From Balanoglossus misakiensis (Eukaryota; Animalia; Hemichordata): a DNA stretch of 64,000 bases. Where the stretch lies: contig CM082585.2 of the NCBI GenBank assembly GCA_040954595.2, positions 9,412,564 through 9,476,563 on the forward strand, read 5' to 3'. The translations under genes and the position numbers were made by a program. The first letter of the stretch is position 1. Each line of letters opens with the position of its first letter. The notes under the pieces are model-generated. The model worked only from the letters and a program-made list of their open reading frames with translations, was not told the DNA's origin and did no database searches. This document shows positions 26,283-36,958 of this stretch, piece after piece.

Positions 26283-28218
26283 ATGAACATTAAAACTAAA
26301 TTCTTCGCGGTGACATGCGTCGCATTTTCAACCTATCTGCTGATTTATCAATCTCTGCCCGTATCAAAAAGCGTCAGGAAAAGTTTGGGTAGGGCTCACA
26401 CCGGAGTCGATGCAATTTCAAATATGTCCATATTATCACGCATAGGGGAAGTCGAAACCGCGATAAACTCCGGTGACCTGAGACGCGAGGACGCCCAATA
26501 TCTCATGACCGAACTGAGTAAGCTGTTGTTACGGTTAGGAAATTATACCAGATCAACAGACAAGGCAGACATCACCGTTGGAAATTTCACAAGGGCGGTA
26601 CAAAGTGTAGGAAATTTCACAAGGGAGGTACTAGGAAATTTCACAAGGGCGAGAGACATAAACGTTGGAAATTTCACAAGGGCGAGAGACATAAACGTTG
26701 GAAATTTCACAAGGGCGCCACCTAACAGTCCCATGGTGGAGAAACTGTCGAAAGTCAAGATCACACTGCCTAACTTGAAGAATAACAATATCAATAAGAT
26801 ACTCCGTTTATACGACAAGAAGTTTAACAACAGTCTCATCACCAACAAGAACCCGGAGGGAGTTCAACGTCACGGACCCAGCGCAAGATTTAAAGGGAAA
26901 CCCAGGGCCATAAACGTCTTGTGTCGGATGAGGAAGGTGAATGCGATTAAAACGCTTGATGCAAGAACGGCACCTTTCACTGATATTGGCATCGCCAAAC
27001 ACTTCCCGCCAAACCAGTTTGCAAAAAAATACAACTTTTCTCGATGTGCCGTGGTCGGCAGCTCCTTCTACCTCAATAACAGTGGATATGGCGAGGCAAT
27101 TGGTGAGTAGCGTTGATTTCTATTTCGTAATTGCCCCCTCGCCATCTCAAATTGATAAATTACAATACCGATATTCGTGGTGAATCAGAATGACGTATTA
27201 AGGGAGACTTGTCATCCACAGATAATCACGACGCCGTGCTGAGATTCAACGACGCCCCAACTCTTGGTTTCGAAAAAGATGTGGGGAACAAGACGACCTT
27301 CCGTGTGATCAACAGTGAAGTTTTCCACAAACTGTGTACGGAGAATCTTACACAGTGTCCAAACGAAACACTTTTCATGTGGAGGACTGGTCCTTACAAT
27401 GGAAATCTATACAGAGTAAGTTTCACGGTTGGTTTGTCTCTTGCACAGAATTTGCTTTGTAGGCTCCCGTGTTCACACACGACAGACTATGAAATAGCTG
27501 TCAGTCTGTATGTTGGCTTGGTTTCGCTAACTCGACTAAATCAAGTCATGGTGAAAACAGGAATGGATCGAGCCCCGTTGTTTCAGAGCAAAACAAACGA
27601 GTTTGAGTAATTATGCAAGCCACTTTCTTCCATCATTGCAGTGGTATAGACACGCAAAAGGACAGGCCCTATTCTCTAAGTATATCGCATGGAGGACCGC
27701 ATTTCCTGGTCAAGATATATATCTCGTACACCCTCAGTCATTGTGGCTTGGATGGGACACCCTGATATATTTCAGAAATGCTAAAATAAAGCCAGTAGTT
27801 CCTTCGTCTGGCTTTACAGGTAGGTCACATTGAAGGGAGATCACTTTACAGTAATTTGAAGAGTGTACGTTTGATGTCGCTATGTTGTTGTTTTTTACTG
27901 TGAAAGAAATAAAACACCTCGTTTATCTAGAGCGCTGTTGAACTATACTAAAAGGGCCAATTGGTATTGCTTTGGTTGTTTTCAGGGACGTTGCTGATGC
28001 TTGGCATTTGCGACACGGTGGACGTGTACGGCTATGTCGTGGACGGCGTGCCTAATCACAGCTGCCATTACTACGACGCCGCTGAAGCCTGCGGGAAGAA
28101 ACAGTGGCACCCTACTTCGTTTGAAAAAGACGTCCTTAAAATGATCCAAATTGGGTCTTTGCACAATGCCAAGAAGGGGCGAGTAACCCTTAAGGGATTC
28201 AGTTCGGTTCATTGCTGA
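26283..28218 (+). CDS. ST6Gal-like sialyltransferase (GT29), copy 2
   Basis: Exons 26283-27102, 27222-27415, 27642-27819, 27986-28218, same intron phases as copy 1. Sialylmotifs L, S, III (CHYY) and VS (HPTSFEK) present; stem carries 5 GNFTR repeats. Confidence 0.92.
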
Positions 28219-29428
28219 TACAGAATGGAGTTTTAATAAAGACTAGATTCAACAGAAATAGCTTGTCATTTCATTTTGGCCCGGCTCAGAAAATGCAGGA
28301 ATGTGTTAGTTATCTGCAGGCTATGGTGGCACTGTTCCAGTGGTTTGTACACAGTCAACGACCACAATACTTCAATTTTGATCCTAAGCTGATCACACCT
28401 GGTAGCTCTTGAAATACACTCGAGAGAATTGAATGGTGCAAGTCTAAAAATGACCAACGGCGCACTTGCTCTTTCCCGAGACGACTCCCACAAAAAAGTA
28501 CTGACTACCCGGATCAGGTATAAATTGATCGGTCCCTCAATCTCAGTCATCCCTGACGAAAGGTGTGACGCCTTGCAATAACTATAAGAACCACTTCACG
28601 ACAGTGAGCTGTCATGGCCAGCACATTGTAAACAGAGTTTCACAATGACCCCAACCACACTTGAGGGACTGTGCCTCAACTTATAGGCGACGGGATCTAT
28701 ATATATATACACAGCCGATGAATGTACCAAACCCAAGGTAGGAGTGTCTTGATGTTGGAAGGTAAAACAAGTAAAAGACTTGATTGGGTTGACTGTGTGT
28801 TGTGTGTGTAGTTACGGAGGAACGGGAGAGAGAGAGAGACTCTCTCGCAGGTCGACGGTGTCACCGTCATGCGACCGGCCATACATGTGGGGACACTTGA
28901 CTTGTTGAGTGACGACAACCACCGAGCGATATCCCATCCAGACGCCACACTGAAAGAAATCCACGGTTGTTGAATATCACGTTTCATGTCGAATTCATCT
29001 CGTGTAACGTTGGGCGTAAGAACGTGCGAACAAACTGTAAAAGTCGCTGGTGTTGTAACTCATGAACTTGCCCCCAATCGGTTCGTGAATGAAGCTAGCA
29101 GGCCACACCCGTTTGAGTCATTCATTCTGGTGTATTTGTCTTTTGTGTGCTGACACTGGCTTCATTCGTCTTTCAACAAGTGGTCATATTTTTTATCTGC
29201 CACTGGTATATTGCCCGGTTTCCACGGACAATCCACGACATTGTTTGTTTAAAATATCATGCCAATATTAAACCCACTTTTGTAAGCTCCCCGTTGACTA
29301 TCGGGTGTCGTTTTTTCTAAAGGTGAACTGTTGTTCAGGAGGTCCAGTGGTTCTAAAGGATCGGTACAATGGAATAATGAATGTTTTGGATAACACATCA
29401 TTGTACAATCCAACCGGCGACTTGTTTA

Positions 29429-29969
29429 TGAACTCAGGTGACCCGACAGGGAAGAGACTATAATATAACCGGCACCAGTGCGCTTGTAACTCGTTCCCAC
29501 GACTACGTGCATGCTGTCACGTGTTTGCACACCTCAACTTTCGGCAGCGCACCTTAGGAGAAAGGAAACCACGCGAGTTCCGGGTACTGTTGACGGGGAA
29601 AGGCTGTACGACAACGTCGTCGTATTCAGGCGAATATTGTACTTCTTGGGGCGTGAACAGTTCTCAAGACCCGGTCCTTCGACCAGCGAAGGCGGATTTC
29701 ATATATTTGTTGCTGGTTCGTTTTTGCAGAAAATCTTCGAGGCATTAATCGACACAGCGATACAGGAAACCATTGGAGCGGCACCATAGACCTTTGGACT
29801 CGCAGGTAAGATTAAACACGTGAACATGACCTCAATAAGACAGCTGTGGGCTTCTGCAAATAAACTGCGTCATGATAAGTGCCAGTTGCGTGTGACTCAG
29901 GCTGTCAATACAGCGGTAGTGACGGACAAAGCACGATCTCATTTTCAAATGAAACAGCGCCCAAACATA
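29429..29969 (+). other. Upstream 5'-UTR exon and flank of sialyltransferase copy 3 (paralogous to 24666-25155)
   Basis: Donor CGCAG|GTAAGATT at 29805/29806; acceptor CCTTTTTTCAG at 30701. The exon start GTATCCCCG...GGAAGACAAG is nearly identical to 26037-26110. Confidence 0.6.
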
Positions 29970-30974
29970 TAAATTTCCCTTGTTACAGGTCAGTGATCAT
30001 GAGTTATAGGTAAAGCGTTCAACAGGTATATTGATGTCATTTCTTGACGTTGGCACCATTAAACTGAGATGGTTTCAACTGCACTACAGCGATAATGTAT
30101 TTAGGTTGCTATTTTTACTCACAGGAGTCATAAAATGGTTTTACCTCTTTTCTTGTTTTAAATCATAATGTAATACGAATTAGGTGATGGTACATCGAGT
30201 AGAAGCCATAATTTCGTTACCAACATGTTCAAATTAATTCTCAAATTATCTAGATATGAAAGAACCCGGAACTCAGAGCTGTAAACTGGGCAAAATTCCT
30301 ATGTTGCCAAACAAAATATTTAACCTCCGGTTGATGATAAATGCTGTGTATTTTGGCGGGTAGAACGAAAGGCGGCATAGCTATATATACCGGTAGCAAG
30401 GGACCGTACTGGTGCGATTTAACGGGGAGGACCGTGTAATTTTCAGGGTTCGGGGGAAGGTCAATTTATGCAACGCATAGTCACAATCTCACCAGAGGTA
30501 GTGTGATAGCCAATCAGGCTCAAACCACTCAGTCTGTTCAACCAATCAGATTCCGTATTGCTGTGAATGAAGGTGGGCCTTGTTCATTGGGCCATGGGGG
30601 TACCCAACGTGTGCACTGAGGTAGTGTGCAAAAACGGGCACGAGGATAGATCTGCATCGTTTTAAGTAAAAGTAACTCAGTCCGTTCCTACCTTTTTTCA
30701 GGTATCCCCGTCGAGTCCCAACAGAGTCTCGTCCTTTGGAGTAAAGACTTCAAGATCAACGCCCTGGAAGACAAGATGGAGATGTATAAGATATTGCAAA
30801 TCGCTTTTCATGATATGCTATTTCGGACAAGTGGCCGGCGATGAGTTACAATTTGACCAATTCAGACGTCTTTGCTGATTCGCTTTATTATCAAAGCACT
30901 TTGTCTATAAAAAACACTTCCATACAGCTGAATATAACTCTACGAATCGTTGGTCTGTTCAGAGAATAAATGCA

Positions 30975-32834
30975 ATGCAAATGAGAAGTAAATTTATCTT
31001 GGTGACATGCGTTGCTTTTATAATTTCTCTGCTGTTGTACCACTCACTTCCCGCGACAAACAACATCATGGTCAGTGTGGGTAGGATTTACTCCGGAGAT
31101 GCACTGTCCAATATGTCGATAGGGGAAGTCGAAACCGTGATTAACTCCGGTGATCTGAGGCGTGTGGACGCCCTACACCTCATGGCCGAACTGAGCGGGC
31201 TGTTGTCCCGCCTAGGAAACTATACCAGACCAACAGACAAGGGACACATTAATGTTGGCACTATCACAAGGGCGCCACATAACAGTGACAGGGTTGAGGA
31301 GCAGTCGAAAGTAACGGTCACACTGCTCAACTCTAAGAACAAGACTGTCAATAACAATGACACGGAGGGAAGCACAAAGACTGGAAATTTGACAAACGCG
31401 TCAAATAACAGCCCAGCGATGGCGGCACTGTCGAACGTTAAAGTCACGCTGCCCAATCTGAACGACAAGTCGATAAACAAGGTACTCCTGTCATACGACA
31501 AGAAATTTGACAACCGTCTCATCACCAAAAGGAACCAGGAGGGTGTTCGATATAATGGACCCAGCGCAAAGTTTAAGGGCAAGCCCAAGGCCAGTGACGT
31601 CATGTGTCGGATGAAGAAGGTGAATTCGATTAAAACGATGGATGCAGGGACGGCACCTTTCACTGATATTGGCGTCGCCAAATATTTCCCGCCAAAACAG
31701 TTTGCAGAAAAATACAACTTTTCTCGATGTGCAGTGGTCGGCAGTTCCTTCTACCTCAATAACAGTGGATATGGCGAGGCGATTGGTGAGTAGTGTTGAT
31801 TTCTAGACTGGGTTGTGTACACCATTTCGTAGTTGCTCCTCGCCATCTCAAATTGATAAATTACAATACCGATATTCGTGGTGAATCAGAATGGAGACTT
31901 ATCATCCACAGATAAACACGACGCCGTGCTGAGATTCAACGACGCCCCCACTCTTGGATTCGAAAAAGATGTGGGGAACAAGACGACCTTCCGAGTGATC
32001 AACAGTGAAGTTTTCCAGAAACTGTGTACGGAGAATCTTACACAGTGTCCAAATGAAACACTTTTCATGTGGAGGACTGGTCCTTACAATGGAAATCTAT
32101 ACAGAGTAAGTTTCACAGTTGGTTTGTCTCTTGCACAGAATTTGCTTTGTAGGCTCCCGTGTTCACACACGACAGACTATGAAATAGCTGTCTGTCTGTA
32201 TGTATGTTAAAACGACATCCCAAGAACAATGTTCAATTTCGAACAACATTTTGTACACAATACACCAAAGTTCAACACCTGCGCCGCATCGCTGGGTATT
32301 ACTAATAATTTTTTATATAATTGCAGTGGTATAGACATGCAAAAGGTCAAGCTCTATTCTCTAAGTATATCGCATGGAGAACGGCCTTTCCTGGTCAAGA
32401 TGTATATCTCGTACACCCTCAGTCATTGTGGCTTGGATGGGACACGCTCATATACTTCAATTCGACTAAAATAAAACCAATAGGTCCTTCATCTGGCTTT
32501 ACAGGTAGGTCACAAAATATCTCCAAGCGACTAGCGGGCTAGTTTATACACTGGTGTCTTACTGTACTGAACGGGCCACTTTTTGCTGTGTTTGTTTTCA
32601 GGGACGTTGCTGATGCTTGGCATTTGCGACACGGTGGACGTGTACGGCTATATCGTGGACGGCGTGCCCAACCGCAGCTGCCATTACTACGACGCCGCTA
32701 AAGCCTGCGGGAAGAGACAGTGGCACCCTACTACGTTTGAAAGAGATGTCTTTAGAGTGGCCCAAACTGGGTCACCTGACGATGCAAAGCAGGGTCGGGT
32801 GACCCTAAACGGGTTCAGTCGGGTTAAGTGTTAG
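30975..32834 (+). CDS. ST6Gal-like sialyltransferase (GT29), copy 3
   Basis: Exons 30975-31785, 31912-32105, 32327-32504, 32602-32834. Sialylmotifs L, S, III and VS (HPTTFER) present; ends [13 protein letters not shown]. Confidence 0.92.
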
Positions 32835-32877
32835 CACAGAATGTAATTTACAACATAATCAGCACATATGTTGTAAT

Positions 32878-33005
32878 ATGTGTGTGTGTGTGTCTGTGTG
32901 TCTTTGCCTGTGTGTGTGTGTGTGTGTGTGTGTCTGTGTGTCTTTGCCTGTGTGTGTGTGTGTGTCTGTGTGTCTGTGTGTCTTTGCCTGTGTGTGTGTC
33001 TGTGT
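32878..33005. repeat. Compound (GT)n microsatellite in the 3' UTR of copy 3
   Basis: GT runs interrupted three times by GTCTTTGCCT. Confidence 0.95.
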
Positions 33006-33871
33006 ACAAAACTAGTTCCGAGAGAAACTTTAACTTTCGGTTTCTCAATTAGCCTTTTCTGACTAAAAACTGGTTCAATGCAATATTTGGCTTCTCAGCG
33101 AAGTGCTTTAGTGTAAAGTGCACTATAAGAGAGAAATGGTTTTGAATCAGGACTTAACTGCTCAAATGTATTGGTTTATATGCACCCTTTTTGGCAATAA
33201 ATATCGCCTATTGTACAGTTGATTTAATCAGATTGTTCATTTTGGATGCCGTGTTGCACTACTACCCTCAGCCTCCGGCCGACATCCACGCCATGCCAAG
33301 ACTCGACTATTACCGCCTCAAGGGCTGATGGGACAGGTGCGTTGCCATGGTACTGGCCCGGAAGAGGGCGTCCTTGCAGATTACTACACTTTTGTCTCAG
33401 TGGGTATGCCCTCAACGGTGGTACATGTACTGCGCGACAGCCCAGCAGAAGAGCGAAGGACACGCTCACAAACGAAAAGTGTACATTCACAACACGCCTT
33501 TCCCGTCCCACTGAAAGATATGTCGCTTTTTGTTCTCCACTGGGTTTTACATGTTTCATGGATGTGCAGTCAACTTGCACGCCAAATTTTACATAAAAGA
33601 GGACGGTTTGTGCTCACCTGCTGATTAGACAATCGGACTTCAGCAGACTTCAAATAACGACGGCCAGTTCATCTTTTCGACGAGTCCTGCAGATATACGG
33701 ATCCAAGTTCTCCAAAAACATCAAACAACCAGTCAGCCTCTTCACCTGTTTTTCTGATTCACCTCTTAACATGTTTCAGTACTCGACAAGTCCTCGTCAT
33801 CCGACACGACAATTTCACTGCGAAATTTCACAGTGGCGCGTACAAAGATGTAGACGTGCCCGATGAAGTTA

Positions 33872-33965
33872 TGCGCACTGCGCGTGGCCGAGTCACGTGA
33901 AGCTGTGTGCGTTCTGATCGCTGATTGGCTGACAAGGAAAGCTGTGCGTGCGTATGATTGGCTAT
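33872..33965 (-). promoter_or_regulatory. Orphan CpG-rich promoter-like element
   Basis: NRF1-like TGCGCACTGCGCG (33872), E-box GTCACGTGA (33892), CCAAT boxes reading ATTGG on + at 33924 and 33957. A minus-strand donor CAG|GTGAGC lies at 33618/33617. Confidence 0.45.
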
Positions 33966-35590
33966 GCTTTACAACAGGTGCACATCTTTTATTTGTCTAG
34001 AAACACAAACCAACACTCCAGTTACGAAATGAAGACAAACACTTAGCAACAACACTTCTGATTGGTTGGAAAGGTTTTAATGACAAATTGCATTTGTTCG
34101 TTATCCAATCAGTGAAAGGCTACCATGTTACAACTAGCGTACCTCAGAAGACAGCAGCACTTCAGTCTAAGTGAGAAAGACAATTATTATAATTTTGAAA
34201 AGGAAGAGATATGTACAATGAATAAACACAATTTTTGAGAGATAAAACAAAATGTCAATCTCTATTGCCATTATTATTTCAGATTTCTATTATAATTTAC
34301 AAAATTCAAATGTAACTTTAAAGTTTGAAAATAATAAAACTCTACCTGAATTATGAAATGACACATTTATGTATTAACTGAGCTAAGGAGCTCACTATTG
34401 CCAAATATGGTGAAAACCTAGCTTCCTGTACAAAGTGAATAGTCGGAATGTGATGTGATTGGACAAAAGACAGCAAATGAATCATTTTAAATAAACCTAG
34501 GGGGTATCATTCCAAATACTGAAAAAAAACTCAGACTCCTGGACCCCTCAGGTCCAAAATAATACTTTACATAATTTACATCTGTACAAGTTGACTGAAG
34601 TTTCAAATTTTGTGTTTATACTAAATATCTACAAGCAAACTTTGCATCCCATAAAATTTTTATTGAATACATGAAATAAAAAACCTTCATCTATATGCAT
34701 AAGTCAAAATCCTTTTTGTATAGATAAATTATTGAGAAGTTTATTATAACTTAAGTAGAAAAAAAGGAGAAAGATTAAAATGTTTTCTGAAAAAACAACC
34801 TGATAAAAAGCAATATTTGTCTAAATTTCAGATACACTCACCAATCAGCTCATAGTCAGAAGTGTGTTTTCACAAAATAACGACAAAAAAACAGCAATAC
34901 TACATTTCACTTTAAGTGCCGTCGGATATTTCGAAAGACATTGGAGGGAATATCTCATTGAAATTTTACTGAATAGTTCTTTGATGTGTAATTGAAGAAA
35001 AGCAGTTGGGGTTGGCCTTATATCTAAAATATCAATGGCACGAGCCACATGGCAGAGGGCAATAAAAATCAGTAAATATAATATTTTGATTAAATTTAAA
35101 ATATTTTGTTCTCAATATATTAGTTATTCTAATCCATGCCTGGAAGATACTAAAAGTTTGAAAAAACGTCTCAAATGTACTTCAGCATTTCATTTTGTTT
35201 CTATCCAAAATCATGGATAGAAATAGCTTATCATGATTGTCAGAATATCATATTTTAATAAATCACTTCTAAAATTGATAATGTACAATGTGGAATGCCC
35301 TCAACTGTAATGTGAAAAATAAATTGACTTTGAACAAAAACTAGTAAAATGATTATTGTAGCCTCTTGGCTGCTTTTGATTGTACTTGCAATTTTTCCCC
35401 CAGCTGCTCAAGTTAGAACCCTTTCACCCCCGTTTCCCTACAAAATGGCTCGACCCAGTCATAATGATAATGTGAATGCTCCACACATAGAGAATACTGG
35501 GGTGATTAAGTAAAATGCCCCACTGTGCCCGCAAAGCACCTACAATTTTGGACTGTGCAGTATTTACATTTACCATTGATTCACCCTTTA

Positions 35591-35734
35591 AAGTCTAGCG
35601 CCCTCGTACAGCCATCATGAATGTGAACTCAAAGCGAGGCGAATGGGGAAATCCTCTTGATGTGATTGGTCAACTTTCCCATTGGCCTCGCTTTGAGTTC
35701 AAATTCATAATGGCTGCGTGAGGGTGCGAGACTT
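35591..35734. mobile_element. MITE-like long inverted repeat in the presumed GRTP1 3' UTR
   Basis: Left arm AAGTCTAGCGCCCTCGTACAGCCATCATGAATGTGAACTCAAAGCGAGGC pairs imperfectly with right arm GCCTCGCTTTGAGTTCAAATTCATAATGGCTGCGTGAGGGTGCGAGACTT. Confidence 0.75.
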
Positions 35735-36306
35735 ATTAAAACAGTGTATGGAAGTTCGGTTTTGATCAAAACAGGCCTATGCACTGGACTTGCAGCAAGA
35801 TTGTCTCTGTGTCAGCTACTTGTACAAGCTCTGTGTAAATATTGCATGTATTGTAAACAGATAACATCGTAGAATTCAGTTATTTCTGAAAAAAAGCTGC
35901 CAAAACACTAAAATTCCTGAAAAAGTCATGTAGACACTTGGCATAAAATGCCCTATCTATTATGTTTGTTTACTTACACTAGAACCACATAAAATCTAGA
36001 TGTGCTTAAAAAGACTAGGTCACACACTTTTTAAATCTTGAACTTCATTAAAATATACATAGGACCCTTTTCACTCTTCTTCTTGAAAATTGCTTGGCTA
36101 CTTTTAACCCGCCATTCCTACAATAATTCGTTGCTAAAAGGATGACTGACTCAAACATGGTGATTTTGGACAATTAGATACAACGGCAGGCAACATGACG
36201 CAGATTGAGGTGGGGGTGACATGATATGTTGTGTGGTGTTTCAGAGCAGTCTTCTTGACCTCCATCCTACATACTCAGAAATTAAGGTTAGGTTGAACCC
36301 ATGGTT

Positions 36307-36596
36307 AGCCTAGTTCTGTTCCAACCCCCACTGGCTTTGGTGTACTCACAACTAGGGTCAGGTATGCGGCAGCCATTTTGTCAAGACCCGAGGCAAAATG
36401 GCCGTTGCATTGATGATGTCATCGAAGTAAAATATTACCATGATTATGGGTTAATTTCATGTTATATTTTATACAGATGATGGATGTCCTTCATTATTTT
36501 AAATTTTGGATTATTCCATTCAAGAAATATAGATTGAAAAATCAGAGCATTCCTGACCCTTGAGTGTATTGAGAAAACAGGTTAGGGAACTAGACT
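36307..36596. mobile_element. Degenerate TIR element
   Basis: Two nested inverted pairs: AGCCTAGTTC / GAACTAGACT and AGGGTCAGGTATGC / GCATTCCTGACCCT. Confidence 0.45.
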
Positions 36597-36958
36597 GACA
36601 TGTCTGAGTGCCAAAGAAAGGTCCCTCCATACAAATACGCTGCTTACTGAATATACATTGTACAAGTGGCAATACCGTACATCCGACTGGCAAAACACCG
36701 TTGTTCTAATTAACAAATAGATTCTGAGTATTTCTCTTTTATAAAATTTTTTTAAGTGACATATTTATTTGTAAGTGGCCATGGTACCAAACAATTATTA
36801 CCCAATCAGTGCACTCCATCTGCAACAACACAACTTCTGTACGAGAGTCTTGCTGGTGTAGTACATGTACATTGTAGTAGTGTATTTGCTAGATTTTGTC
36901 ATTCGTCACACGACACTAGGACCACTGGTAAGACAAAGGCTTGGCGGGCAGCATTTTG

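Noticed and set aside
31220-31717. Antisense ORFs over sialyltransferase exon 1 (also 21880-22263 and 26543-26848)
   Set aside because: Shadow frames of the plus-strand coding sequence, with no independent motifs.
32828-33062. Cys/Val-rich and His/Thr-rich ORFs
   Set aside because: Translations of the (GT)n microsatellite.
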